This document shows, one piece after another, positions 1 to 13,515 of a stretch of DNA of 64,000 nucleotides. Both the position numbers and the translations under genes were made by a program. The number at the start of each line of letters is the position of its first letter. The first letter of the stretch is position 1. The stretch spans positions 81,964,001 to 82,028,000 of the forward strand of contig OZ024747.1 of the NCBI GenBank assembly GCA_964016885.1, written 5' to 3'. This DNA is from Eledone cirrhosa. Its lineage: Eukaryota. The notes below the pieces were generated by a model, which was not told where the DNA came from, did no database searches, and saw nothing but the letters and a program-made list of their open reading frames with translations.

Positions 1-59
1 TAAATATCAAAATATTAAAACTTCATGAAAATTTCAAAATTGCACCATCTAAACATCTG

Positions 60-154
60 TTGCTTAGCTGCCTCGGTTTATACATGGGGTTTGAATTTTT
101 GCCCATTTCCCAAACATCATATAGGGGTGGACTTATATTCGAGTATATACGATA
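60..154. mobile_element. End of a Tc1/mariner-superfamily (Tc2/pogo-like) non-autonomous DNA element
   Basis: Ends in gacttatattcgagtatatacgata, the reverse complement of a (C/T)CGTATATACTCGAATATAAG-type terminal repeat, next to a TA dinucleotide. The other end is not visible in the window. Confidence 0.4.
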
Positions 155-170
155 CATTAGTGCAATGCAT

Positions 171-357
171 TGGCAGAATCTTTAGAGAATCAAACAGTGT
201 TTAGTTATGTGTTTGTTTACATTGAGCTGAAATCCTGCCATGGCAAACTTTTCCTTTGGGTTAGACAAAATAAAGTATTAATCAAATACTGGAGTCAATT
301 TAGTCAACTAACGCCTCCCAAGTTTTGAACCTTGTGTCAATATTAGAAACTATTATT
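171..357 (+). mobile_element. Degenerate tRNA-derived SINE (same family as 43151-43847)
   Basis: Has tggcagaatc head, decayed B box, aaataaagta...actggagtcaat core and ccttgtgtca...gaaactattatt tail, collinear with the intact copy at 43658-43847. Confidence 0.65.
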
Positions 358-2083
358 TTCAGCAATCTATGACATGTATCCATTTAAATTGTTTTCATGA
401 AACTGCTCCAAATCTTTCCGTTCGTTGTTGTTCATTTTTTAAACAATTTAAAATTAGAGCCTTAACTAATAAGAACAAATTTTGAACTAATCATTTGAAT
501 AAAATATTTAAAAGCGCCAAACCACTGAAGATATTTTTTTAAATACATGTTCCTGTTTTTCTTTGACATTATACATATATAATGATATATCATTAATGCA
601 TCTGAATGGACACAGCAGTAGTGTATTATTAATGAAGTCATGAGAAACAAACATGGAATACAAGAGAATGGGGATTGGAGAAATTGAAATGCCAGCAAAT
701 ATAATATAAAGATAAGTATCTCTCAAAGCAAAACTAAAGAGTTTCATGTCTGTAATACAATAATTAAGGGTGATGGTAATTATCCTATCATTTTTATTAC
801 CATTATTATTATTAAGTCTTTTGTGTGTATTTATTGCTTAATTTGGTTCTCACTAATTTGACAAAGGAAAACAAAGAGAGAAGTAAAGCTGAAAAGGAGA
901 AATGATATAATCATAGAAAACTTGTTTTTCTGATCATTACATTCCTTGATATAATTATGATATTAATGTTAAATTAAAATTAATTTGCGTGTGGCATGGA
1001 GGAGAACAGGGATAGAGAGAGCGAGGGGGAGAGAAAGAGAATTGTGTTTCATTCAACATTTGTGTGTGGTGTCTGAAGTAAACTGGAATTTAGAGAGAGA
1101 GTTGCAGAGAATTGTATATGCCTCATTCTTCATTTGTATATGGCATGGAGAGCAAAGTAGAAGTTATAAAGAGAGAGCAGGAGAGCAGACTGGGATAGAA
1201 TTAGAGAGATGAGGAGGAGAAATTTGTATGTCTCTCCTTCAAATCTACCTACTTCATTTTCTATTTCTGCATCACTGTCAAACCCCCTCTATCTCTCAAA
1301 ATCTGATTTCACACTGTCTACCCAGCCATTTTTCTGTCCACCCACTTATCTATCTATCTATTGTAGAACAAAGCATTCTGTTACAAAAACAGACATAGTT
1401 AAGGGAGTTAAAAAAAGAGAACTAAAGAGAAAAGAAAAGAAACTAAATATTTGAAGAGAAATTGCAGATTTGATTTTAAGGAAATTTTTTTTTTTAAATT
1501 GAAAAGATAAAATCTGGTTAATTAACAGAATTTTCAAAGATAATTGCTTGAAAATGCTTTTATAGTTTTCTTTATATTAAACAAAATATCATGTGAATTA
1601 CTGAATAAAATTCACTATGTTTGTCTGCTTTCTCCTTTTATCTACAACTTAAATCAATTAACATTTTTAGTGTTAATAAGTGAAGAGTTCATTGTTGATT
1701 AAAATTCATTATACTCACTGCATCCATATGTGTGGATATATCCATTTGTGATTACTGCATATGTGTAATATATGTATATTGCATAAATGTAATATGTATA
1801 TATGCATGTGTTACATGTAATATGTATTATATGTGTGTATACTAGGTTGTATTTGATAGAATAAAGGTAAGAGATGGAAGTGTGTATGTGTGTATAAGAG
1901 AGAGAATGAGAAAGAGAATATGAATGCTGGAAAAAAGGCAAAAGTATCGAGAAGATGAGATAGTAGGTGGAAGAGAGAGAGAGAAGTGGAAAGTGGAAAA
2001 GAGAGAAGGATGAGAAACAAGAGGAAGTTATTTATGAGTGAAGTGAAGAAGATATATATAAGAGTGAAAAGAAAGACAGGTAT

Positions 2084-2129
<46 letters not shown>

Positions 2130-3529
2130 CAATGTAAAGTATAAGAGGAAAGTGAAGGAGAGAAAACCAAAAATGTAGAGCAGATAAATTGAAGAAGTGC
2201 AAGAAAGACAGACAATATATGTGTAAAAATATTTAAGATGGAAAATGAGTATATATATATATATGTGTGTGTATGTGTGTGTGTGTGTGTGATATAATGA
2301 AAGCAGAAGAAGAAGAAGAAAAGAATGGCAGCAACAACAACTGGAAGCAGAAACAAGGCAAATAAAAATAAACAAAACATGTAAGAAATAATACATATAA
2401 CTTAAAATCTGTTTTTAAACACCTTTGGAATTTCTAACTTCGATTTTATTCAATTTTTCTTCTAAGGAAAACTCAATTTACAAGCAAGCTCTAATGTTTT
2501 GCTATCAGGCATCTAATCTACCTTAATAGTTATTCATTAAGAAAAATGCTGCGAATAAATTTGGATATCGAATTGATGATACGTCAATGAATATTTTTAT
2601 AGGTTTTTCCAACCATTAGATTTTTCTTAATTGAAAAATAAAGGACTAATATAATGTTTGCTGTAGGTGTCATTGCTTTTGTTCTTGCACATATATGTGG
2701 GTCTTATTTACAATCTTTTATCTCGTCTTTATGGTATTTTGTTGTTTGTTTTTCTGCTGTTAAGTTTTGTTTGTCTTTTTAATATATCATTATTCATTTT
2801 GTTGGAAAGCTTTACTGAATTGAAAAAAGAATGAAACTATATTATGTTTATATAAGCAAACATACATGTTTAATATGCATATACGTAGATATACAAACAA
2901 GCATGAGGTTGTGCATATTAATCCTATGTGTGTGTGTATGTTGTGCAAATTTTCATATGAGTTTATGTTTAAAGTTATTGGCTCTCGGGGAATTTTCATT
3001 TCCCATTATTAACAATTACATTGTACAAGAGCCATGTTAGCTCTTTAATATACACCCATATCATATATACTCATGCATATGTCACACCTCCATTTACATA
3101 CAGTTACAATGCACCACATATTTTGAATTGAGGTTTTGTAGGTCCTATACATAAAAAGCATACTGATTTTATATGTATTGTGGTAAAAGACGTAGTTTAT
3201 GCATGATTATATATAATGTTTGTTATATTCACTTTTATTGTTTGAGAGAATTGTGTTCTATAGTGTCAGAGAGATTCCTTGTGCAAGTACAAGCTGAATT
3301 GAGTTATGTTTGTAAATGTGTGACAAAAATTGGTGGCACTTTATAGTATACAATCCTATTTAAAAGTAAAACAGATGTGAATATAATAGTGTTTTCCCTA
3401 GCTTATATGACTCTTCAATGATCCAATTCTATTAGTTTCAAAACACAATTTCAAATCAAGTTACTTGCCAAGCAAGAACAATTCCAACATTTAGTGAGTC
3501 AGTGAAACATATACATATACACCAGGTCT

Positions 3530-3790
3530 GAACACAAAGGAACCAAACTCCCACTGTCACTACCTCTCCTGCTCTCTGCGTCTCCCACTATTATGAGCAA
3601 ATGGGGACCCAAAACAGACCATCCTGCAGCCCCAACGCACAAAATAGAGAAGGCGTCTCTCCGAGGATGGTGGGGGAGACAAGCTGGAAGAACCATTCCA
3701 GCTCACAAGGTTCACACCTGTGGGTAGCCAGCCCTGTGTCACTGGTGGCGAGCAGGAAGGTAGTCCTAGGGCCAGACGGGAACTCTGCCC
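3530..3790 (-). mobile_element. CRE-like (RLE-type) non-LTR retrotransposon 3' fragment, decayed
   Basis: Aligns by eye to 12095-12260 (ctgcagcccc...gagaagg...ccgagga...gctggaa...ccattccagct...cacacctg) and to 9246 and 39660. Confidence 0.6.
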
Positions 3791-4600
3791 CATCTCCTCA
3801 ATTTAATGAATGCTAAAATAAAATTATGCTGCTTGAAGGGGAGATTGGAGCCTATTCACTTCAGTTATATTTCTAATGCTCTTGGAAAAGGAATAAAATA
3901 CCACAAAATTCCCATTTCTCTGTCTCAAATATGATGATTATAATGCCTGAAACATCTTAAAGAAATATTCAAATCTTTTCTTCTTTTTCTTCCACTCAGT
4001 AAATTAATCTAACTAATTATTCTCAGCAAGATTTTGAATAATTTCACAGGTTTCACTCAGTACAATAGATAACGTTTCATTAGTAGATATGTCAGTCTAT
4101 ATTCATTTCATTATTTCAACAATTATCATCAGCCTAATACTTTCCCCATTTCTTCTATTTTGCTAAAGTTTTCTTTTTTTTTTATCATTATGATATAGTA
4201 AAGAACATTTTCTTCCTTCCTTTCCTTTTATCTTTTCTTTTTGCTTCTAAAGCTTCTAAATCTATGATTTAAATATTGTGTTTTCATTAATTTCTATAAA
4301 CAACAATATAAAATTTAACAAAATAATTACTTATCCAGGTGTCTCGTTATATAAAGGTGTCTGTCTGTATTTTCAAATGTGTAGGTCGCTAGGTTTGAAT
4401 ATAAAACAGAGAATGATTAAAAATAGGTGAATGCAAGTTTGTGTCTACTTGGTTCAAAGTTCATTCATTCATTCTCTGGAGACCTTTGAAAGTAGCACAT
4501 AGAACATGAGAGACAAGTATGTAGAGTTTGTGTAAATAATTTTCATCTTCATTTCGTCAATGAGAAAGCTTAACACAGACACAGAGAGGTACCTTTAGAC

Positions 4601-4869
4601 CAGTGGTTCCCAAAGTGAGCTCTGGAAAGGAGTGTCTGGGGTTTCCTTAACCCTTTAAAGTTCAAACCAGCCAAAACCGGCCAGAATTCTCTACCTTTTT
4701 CTGTTGAAACTGGCTGTAACTGGTCACTCAAACTGATGTTAAGGTATTGTTCTCAAAATAAATACTTTCAAAATCTCAGATTCGATATTATGTGAGATGA
4801 AAATATAATAGTAAATATAGAGTAATGTGAATGCTAAAGGGTTAAAAAGGGTAGAGGAGTATGTATATA

Positions 4870-4905
<36 letters not shown>

Positions 4906-5001
4906 ATACGATCATCATATAACAGTATTAGACTTTGGGGTTCTTCAAACATTTTCTAAACCAAAAAGGATTCCGTGTTTGAAAAAGTTTTGGAAACTCT
5001 G
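4601..5001. mobile_element. hAT-type MITE
   Basis: Termini cagtggttcccaaa...tttggaaactctg, flanked by an 8-bp target-site duplication ctttagac/gtttagac. Contains a nested piggyBac-like MITE. Confidence 0.7.
4647..4845. mobile_element. piggyBac-like MITE (TTAA target, CCCTTTAGCATT-type termini)
   Basis: ttaaccctttaaag...aatgctaaagggttaa; inverted relative to the copies at 13968 and 51770. Confidence 0.75.
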
Positions 5002-5097
5002 GTTTAGACCAAATGCAATCCAAGGGGGGTGCCTAGTAACAAACTAACTAGATGAATGACCCAATGGTTGTAGATGTTTTCAAAGCAGTAATAACTG

Positions 5098-5161
<64 letters not shown>

Positions 5162-5169
5162 TATATATA

Positions 5170-5545
5170 TCATCATCATCATCAACATATTTACATCAGT
5201 TTTTGCATGCTTGCATGAGTTGGACAGGTCCTCTTCAACACAGCATCTCACTACTTGCAACATTCCTTCATCATCTCCTCTGTGAGTCTCAGTGATTTGA
5301 GATCAGCTCTCACCACCCCCTGCCCAGGTGTTTCTTGGTCAACTCCTACTGTGGCTCCTTCCACTGAGATTTTCTGGCACTTCTTCACCCAGTGATCATC
5401 ATCCATGCACATCACTTGTCTGTACCAATGCAGTCATCTTTCTTGCACACAACTTTGGGTTCACCTTAAACTCAGTTTCTCCCTCAGTTCATCCTATCTC
5501 AGCCATATTCTCACATCTACATTGTACATCCAAACTCACATGCAC
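5170..5545 (-). mobile_element. Decayed RTE LINE 3' fragment
   Basis: (CAT)n tail followed by sequence similar to the RTE C-terminus at 56650-57080 (tcttggtc..cctact, atccatgcacatcac..tgtaccaatgcagtc). Confidence 0.6.
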
Positions 5546-6360
5546 ATATACACAATAACAACCACATGACCTCACACATACACACATGCACTTGTACATA
5601 AACACACACAAAAATCACAGTCACACACATACATGCACACACATTGACGATGGATGAAACACACAGACATAGGCCAAACCACACACACAAAGAAAACATA
5701 AAACATTCAAACCTAGCATCTTACACATCCGTAAATAAATACAGACACTTATGTATAGTGACATCTGGATAACTGATTATTCTGTAAAGTTTTATATTGT
5801 TGTTTATAGAAATTAATGAAAACACAATATTTAAATCATAGATTTAGAAGCTGTAAAAGCAAAAAGAAAAGATAAAAGGAAAAGAAAGACGAAATATTAT
5901 TTACTATATCATAATGACAAAAACAAAGAAAACCTAAGCAAAATAGAAGGAAGGAGGAAAGTATAAGGCTGATGATAATTCCATGCACACTAATGAAATA
6001 CACTTCATCTGCACACACATAACAGTACCAATGATGGAGCCAGACTCTCTGCCTTGGACTGCATCCCCAGACGCCAGGTTTCTTGCCTTCCCTACTCACC
6101 AGCCATGATAAAATAAAACCTGCTTTTTCACCTGCCACCTTTCAAAACTCCTAATCCTCCAAATTTCACTCATTTTTGATGGGCTAATGTCTAATTCATT
6201 GAAATGTTCGCTTTCTTTTCCAACAAGCAAAAAATTAGTAAGAATTTGTTATTGTTCCCCTGTGTCTGTTTTGTTTATTTTGAATTATATATATATATGA
6301 AGTATTTCCATAGGAATGGTAAAGGAAAGGAGAGTGCTCTATGTATGCTACAGAGCTATT

Positions 6361-6561
6361 TAATTATGTAATAAACAACATAAGACAATTATTCCATTTA
6401 CCAGAGGTTTCACAAAGACAGACGAGCTCAACACAGACGTCTGAAATCGCTCATCAGAATGAAAATTTAGAGTGATTTCAGACGTCTGTGTTGAGCTCGT
6501 CTGTCTTCGTGAAACCTTTGGTAAATGGAATAATTGTCTTATGTTGTTTATTACATAATTA
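6361..6561. repeat. Fold-back palindrome (about 92-bp arms, about 17-nt loop) carrying a hammerhead motif
   Basis: 6361-6452 is the reverse complement of 6470-6561 with about 3 mismatches. Confidence 0.95.
6392..6464 (-). ncRNA. Type I hammerhead ribozyme motif
   Basis: Minus strand: ttcatt-CUGAUGA-gcga...ttgt-GAAA-cc-tct-gg-UA-aatgga. Stems I, II and III pair; GUA cleavage triplet. Confidence 0.7.
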
Positions 6562-6574
6562 TATATATATACAT

Positions 6575-7561
6575 GTAGGCTTCATATGCAGCAGCTGTGC
6601 TGGGACAGCAAACAGCAAACAGCCACAGGAAACAAGTACCACCAATCTCGGGGAGGGCTCTGTAGAAACAGTAGACAGCTTCTGCTACCTAGGTAACCGA
6701 ATTAGCAGCGGAGGTGGGTGTTCAGAAAGTACAATAACTAGGGTAAGAACGGGATGGAAGAAGTTTATGGAACTACTACCACTGCTAGCTGCAAAAGGCT
6801 TCTCCCTCAAAATGAAAAGCAGACTGTATGATGCGTGTATCCGAACAGCAATGTTACATGATAGTGAGACCTGTGTGCTGAAGGTGGAAGACTTACGTAG
6901 ATTAGAAAGAAACGAAGCCTGCATGCTCCGATGGATGTGTAATAGTAATATACGCGAACAACAAAGCATAAATGAATTGAGAGAGAGACTGAGCATAGGA
7001 GGAAGCAAATGCTGTGTGCAGGAGAGGCGGTTGCGTTGGTATGGACATGTGATGCGTATGAAGGATGACAGCTGCATAAAAAGGTGCAGAACACTAGAAG
7101 TCGATGGAAACCGCAGAGTGGGGAGACCCAAGATGACCTGGGATGAAGTGATAAAAGCCGACCTTACCCAATTACACCTCTCAAAGGCGATGACACACGA
7201 CCGTGACCTCTGGCGTCACACAGTAATACAGAGTACCCGACCTCCCATGGGTACAAGCTGAAGCATATAGACAATATGCCCCCACACCCCCCACTGCAAG
7301 GTGGTCGTGGAGGTGCCACGGCAAAAAAGCACCCTGCCCACACTGTAAAGTGGACGTGTAGGCGCCACGAAAAAGCAGCCAGCACTCACTGTAAATGAGG
7401 TTGGTGTTAGGAAGGGCATCCAGCTGTAGAAATGAAGCCAAATGAGTTCCTGTATGAGCAAGGTATGGTCAGCCGACCAGACACTGCCCACAACAGGACA
7501 ACCCGTCTAACCCATGCTAGCGTGGAAGAACGGACGTAAAACGGTGATGACGATGATGATA
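6575..7561 (+). mobile_element. 5'-truncated RTE LINE (RT C-terminus, 3' UTR, (GAT)n tail)
   Basis: Translates to [56 protein letters not shown]; stop at 7261; tail ggacgtaaaacggtgatgacgatgatgat. Confidence 0.92.
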
Positions 7562-7579
7562 TATATATATATATATATA

Positions 7580-8225
7580 TATCATCATCGTCATCCACAT
7601 CACTTTAATGTCTGCTTTCCCTGCTAGCAAGGGTTGGGCAGGTCTACTAAAGCTTTGGCCACTGATCTCCCAGACAAGCCATGTATCTGTTGTTTTGCTT
7701 ATATATGGTGTTATGTTCTACTGAATGCATAAAGAACGTTGTCATGTCTTTGACACAACTGAGCGTCCTCCCAACCCTTTGCCTGGAAAGCTTTCTACAG
7801 ATGTCCTTCATATCACCAACCAATTTACAGCATGTACTGAGTGCATCTATGATGTAGATGACCAATGACCAACACTAGGCAGGCTGTGATGTCCTGGACA
7901 TGACTGAAGGGTCCTCCCAACCCTTTGTTTGGCAAGCTTTCTATGGCAGGATGCCCTACCTATCATCATCATCATCATCATACGTCCGCTTTTCCCTGCT
8001 TGCAAGGGTGGGACGGGAACTGATTCTGGCTTGATTTCTACAGCTGAATGCCTTTCCTAACACCAACCTCATTTACAGTGAGTACTGGGTGCTTTTTTGC
8101 CGTGGCACCTCCACAACCACTTTGCTACAACTGAGTAAACTGGAGCAATGTGAAATAAAGTGTCTTGCTCAAGGAAACAACACATCACCCGGTCTGAGAA
8201 TTGAACTCACAACCTTTCGATTGCA
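7580..8225 (-). mobile_element. Cluster of RTE-tailed SINE/LINE 3' ends and a SINE head
   Basis: (CAT)n tails with ttccctgct(a/t)gcaagggt at 7580 and 7962; ggatgccct motif; SINE head agtgtcttgctcaagga...gaattgaactcac at 8160-8215. Confidence 0.6.
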
Positions 8226-8753
8226 AGGCAATGCACTAATATATATGTGTGTGTGTGTAAACAACATATGATATGATTTTAAGTGTTGACTGTTTAAAAA
8301 TTTTATAGAATTTTATAGAATGCAGAAATAGCCATTTAAGCGTTATGATCATAATATAGTGTCAGGTTAAACAAAACCTGAAAAGGGGGACACAACACTT
8401 GTGATATCATTTAAATATATATCAATTATCAACACAGAGAGAGAGGTAATAGTATAGATGTATTCTATTGTATGTGCAAAAAGAATTTTTATATTGAAGG
8501 CAAGAACTAAAACAATAGAGCTGAGTACCTCTTAGGTTGAAAGTAAATAAAGTATTCCATATTCTAGTTTCTCTTCATGTGACCCGGTAGGTTTTCCCTT
8601 TTAGTTTGGAAACTTAATTCCCATTTCATAAAAAATATTGCTCGTCTTATCATCTTTGACTTCTACTTAAAGACAGGAGATAAAAAAGTAAAGCGAACCA
8701 GATAGTGAAATCATAGGGGATTTTTTCTTAAGCTTATAAAGATAATTCTATCA

Positions 8754-8813
<60 letters not shown>

Positions 8814-9245
8814 GTGTATGTGTGTATGTAATAATAATTATTACTATTATATATAAGAAAATATGTATTTTTCTCCAAACTTGGTATTCTTCAAATACAT
8901 AAAGAACTCCATAATAGGAAGAAACAAATATATTTTAGAAGTTCTCAGCAAAATTTTTATATTACAATACATATATATCACTGTGAGTCTACACCAATTC
9001 CTTTCCCTAGCTTCTGAGTTTGTAAATGTAAGAATAATCATAAAAAATATTGAGACACACAAAAACATGCATGCACACACATACACACATGCATGTAAAT
9101 ATACATTGTGTTTTGTGGAAGATCAGAAGTCATATACATCATATACAATATAATATATTATATATTATATAATAGAGATAAGCATTGATTTATAAAAAAT
9201 ATGCCGTTCATAAACACAAAGAAGCAAACATACAAACACATTTAC

Positions 9246-9365
9246 ACCAGGTCTGAGTACAGAGGAGCCTAACTCCAATGGTCATTTCCTCCATCTCTCT
9301 TGCACTCCTCATCTCTCACTATTAGGAACAAATGGGGTCCCACGCGCTGGCCACCCCATGGCTCC
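9246..9365 (-). mobile_element. CRE-like LINE 3' end remnant
   Basis: accaggtctgagtacagagg...ctcactattaggaacaaatgggg matches 3531-3610. Confidence 0.5.
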
Positions 9366-10091
9366 TAATATATATTATATGCTTTGTGGAGGATAGAAAA
9401 AAGCCATGGATGATCTACCATCATTACTATTGTCACAATCAAATCTTGTGTGTGACATGCAAAAAAACAGCTTAATGTAATTATATGTACACTATCAAAT
9501 CATGTCTGAAAATTTGAAAATTTGTTCATAAAACATATCTCAGCACTAAACAAACCAAAGGCTTAATTAACCCTTTTGAAACCAAATTTCAGCAAGGTTA
9601 AAAAAACATATACAGAGAAAGAATTTGTAAATCAAACTAGATTCAAACCTTCTATATGAAAGACAATGACATGAAACAAAGGATTTGTGTTAATGTAAGC
9701 TATATGAAGAAGTTCAACAGCATTCAAGGAAATATCCCCAAAGGCACAGAATTTCTCATGAGCTGGAGATAAAAGGTCTCAAGTGGTTTGAATAAAGAAA
9801 TAAAAGAAAAAGAAATCACTTAAAAATGCTGCTCGCACACATTGAAAGAAAAGTGCTCCCAGTAAAAGAGAAATGAACTTTGGCTGCAGAAAACAAAATC
9901 TCACACAAATGTTTTCTACAATTTTTGCAAAAGAATCAGCTCCTGTGCACCACAAATTGAGGCCATTGATTGAGGAAAGTAATTCATTCACTGGATGCAT
10001 CCACAAGGTGAGTGAAATATTCAATGAATAATTCAATATTCATCACCACCCAAAAATGAAACATACTAACAAATCAGGCTCTTTCCACTTA

Positions 10092-10325
10092 TAATAATAA
10101 TACTAATGAAATTATTGTGTACAGTGTTCAGGTACACTACAACTCATCAAAGGTGCATGTATAGTATATAAAATAATGTACAAATGTCAGGAAAGTGAAC
10201 AGTGTATGAGTCATGATATAAATGTGTGCATGTGTATGGAGGGGGGTATATCGGGTGTAGTGTTGGCGGGTTTCAGGAAGCATGGAGGTTTTAAAGGATG
10301 CAGTGTCTTGGCAGCTAACAACTGT
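10092..10325 (-). mobile_element. CR1/L2-group LINE 3' end
   Basis: Minus strand encodes VVSCQDTASFK (CR1-like C-terminal motif), followed by a 3' UTR ending in an (ATT)n tail. Confidence 0.5.
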
Positions 10326-10500
10326 TATCTAGGAAGGCAAGTAACACCAAATAAGAACTGACGAAAGCTGTGACACTGTATCCAACTCCTGCCAGTATGG
10401 AGAGTGGACTAAATGATGATGATGATGATAAATATATCATCATCATTTTACATGTTATCCTTGCTATATATAAATATGTATGTGTGTGTATGTGTGTGTA

Positions 10501-10532
<32 letters not shown>

Positions 10533-10762
10533 CATACATACATACATACACATATATATACACATATGCACAATATAAGCACAACAAAATATTCTATGAC
10601 TGCACAATAAAGAATGAAATCATAGAACAGGTCGATTTAAGCGAATCTTTTTACATGACTTAATCTATTCTCGTTCAAATGCTAAGCTTATTGGTCAGAA
10701 TGATTACCAAGAGGAAGTTCTACCACCCACTTCAACCCCACTCATACCACCACATAATGAGA

Positions 10763-10798
<36 letters not shown>

Positions 10799-11638
10799 CA
10801 CACACACACAGATAAATACAAACTAAATAAATATACACCCCAACCATCACCCTCACCTTACCCATATATCCTAAACAAATTTTTTTTTTGTCCATTCTTC
10901 AATGCAAAAGTAAGACAATAAAGAGAGTCAGGAAATACTTATTGACTAAGATATATCTAATGCTATTGTATTTCGGATCTTAGATATCTTCGTAAAAACA
11001 AACACAATGAGAGGAGAAATGCTTCAGTATAGAGAGGGTTATTTTGTTTTGAGAGACTGAATTGTTTGAGTTGAATAATCATACAACAAATGATTTATAG
11101 ACAGAAAAATTATTGATGGAAGAGCACTTTGTGTGCGTTTGCACGCTTGTGTATGTATGTGTCTGTGTTTCTTCATGTTTTGTTGTATAAGCACATAAAA
11201 GTACTCGGTATACATTTGTGATGATAGTATAAAAGTCTAAAGTATGTATGAGTGTATGGATGATAACTGAATTTAAAATATAATCTGTTCTAGTTACCAG
11301 ACATATACATATACAAAAATTACCTATCACATACATCACCCACAAATAAACTTGTAAATAAAGTAGTTAACTTAAAAATCATTGTGAAAAGTTTAAATTT
11401 CAAATGTTTGCATCTCAACAACGATGAGCCTAATAATAATCAATAGGTAAGAAAATTAGGTAAAGTCCACTTGAAGATGGAAAAAAGGGGACAGAGGCAC
11501 CGGCATGTCACTGAACCCCATATCTCCTGGATGCCGGATGAGTGCATTAACCACTAAGCTAAAAAAAAGTCACTGACCACAAAAGCTGTGTTTTTAAATG
11601 TTTAGCCTGTAGCTATAAGTGAATACAAAGCAATTGAC

Positions 11639-12555
11639 TTAATCCTTTAACATTTACATTACTCTATATATACTATTGTATATTCACAGTAAAGGCTTTA
11701 TCTCACATAATATCGAATCTATGAGATTTTGATATCATTTATTTTGAGAACAATACCTTAACATCAGTATGAGTGATTAGTTGCTGGTGTTGTTTACTCC
11801 TCCACTTTCAAATTGCTGGCCTTGTGCCTGGTGATAAATTCTCAATTGATGATGTCATAAGAAAGACAAGGTAAAGCTATGTTTTCTTGTACCTCCTCCT
11901 CCTCTCCTTCTTCTGTCAATCTACTACTAGAATGTATCCTAATTTGGTTTATTCTTTTATTCTCACTACATATTAACGAATAAAACAAATGTGTAATTGG
12001 AAATCGAATAATAAAAAAAAAAATAAGAACTTTTAGATTAGGACAATGGAATTGATGAGTTAATATATGTATACAACAAATACAATGGTACGCGATGGGG
12101 CCCACCTGCAGCCCCAGCGGACAGAATGGAGAAGGTGTTTCCCCGGAGGACGGCAAGGGAGACTCGCTGGAAAAGCCACTCCAACTTGCGGGGCTCACAC
12201 CTGCGGCTGGCCAGCTCAGTGCCTATGGTGGTGAGTAAGGAGGTAGCCCTGGGGCCGAGGACACGAGAAGTCTCCACTGCCAGGGGTACGACCGCAAACC
12301 TATGGAGAACGACCAGTATTTGAGGAGTTTGGCCCCCTCAGCCCGACATGCAGCAGAACCTGGGTCAGTCGCGGCTGCAGAAAGTGTCGGTGCAAGTGGC
12401 ATCCCAGACGAGGGGTTTGACACCGCGGAACAGGAAGATGGTCATGCTATCTGGCCTTTTGCCGTCCCCTCGATCCAGCCCCACCGGCTCGAGCTAAGAG
12501 AAAGAAGTGAAAGAATTCTGGCCGGATATAGCCGGTTTAAATGCCAAAGTGTTAA
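11639..12555. mobile_element. piggyBac-like MITE split by a roughly 700-bp nested insertion
   Basis: Left half 11639-11783 and right half 12483-12555 together reconstitute the intact copy at 51770-51980. Confidence 0.65.
12085..12478 (-). mobile_element. CRE-clade non-LTR retrotransposon C-terminal restriction-like endonuclease fragment (frameshifted)
   Basis: Minus strand: [58 protein letters not shown]. This fits the RPD..WD..AE..K..KY..QRGN pattern of PD-(D/E)xK RLE domains. Confidence 0.8.
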
Positions 12556-12747
12556 GAAGCATTGGTAAAAAATTGAAATGTGTACATCCCAACACAAATG
12601 ACCCTAATAATAATCAGTCACTATAATTGAGAAAACTGGATAAAGTACACTTGGAGACAAAATAAAAAGGGAAAAGGTGTGCATGTGAGGAATGAAACCC
12701 AATATCTCTCATACCTGTCCTTTCCAAATATTTGAAAATATATGTAC

Positions 12748-13075
12748 TTAACTCTTTAGTATTTACATTACTCTATATTTACTATTGTATTTTTTGTGGT
12801 AAATGAGAATGCTGGAGTGTAACATGAAGCTCCTAGATTAGAGGTTCATAAGTTCCAAGTGTTTCATTTGTTTAAACCTTTACTCTATATTTACTATTAT
12901 ATTTTCATGGTAAATTCTTTATCTCACATAATATCGAATCTATGAGATTTTTATGCTATTTATTTTGAAAACAATACCTTAACATCAGTATGAGAGGCTG
13001 GTTACAGCCGGTTTGAACAGAAAGAGGTGAGAGAATTCTGGCCAGATACCGCCGGTTTAAATGCTAAAGGGTTAA
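12748..13075. mobile_element. piggyBac-like MITE with internal duplication/insertion
   Basis: ttaactctttagtatt...aatgctaaagggttaa; the left internal segment is repeated at about 12880. Confidence 0.7.
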
Positions 13076-13337
13076 AGAAGGCAATAGAAAGGAATTCCAG
13101 TTCATAGGTATGAGCTCATGTAACACATAAAATCTATAAATGCCATTTGCAACAGGGAAATGAAATAGTTTGTTGTGTTGGGAAATAAATACATTGAAAG
13201 TGAATATCATTAATGTAAACAAAGGATACAGGAAAGTTGTTGCACTGGAACAATGAAAGAAAATCAGAAATGGTGATGCACTTGATGCACTGGTGTATCT
13301 TACAATATGTAAGCACATGGACTGATTGACTCATTTA

Positions 13338-13431
13338 CTAGTAGTAGTGGTGGTGGTAGTATAGTGGTGGTGGTAGTAGTGGTGGTAGTAGTAGTGGTCG
13401 TGGTGGTGGTAGTAGTGATGGTGGTAGTGGC

Positions 13432-13515
<84 letters not shown>

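Noticed and set aside
4100-4140. CTGATGA...GAAA on the minus strand
   Set aside because: No stem I or stem II pairing; expected by chance in AT-rich DNA.
6030-6140. Possible host exon (minus-strand GTGAGT donor); similar plus-strand donor near 10007
   Set aside because: No convincing acceptor, no recognisable protein and no consistent exon chain.
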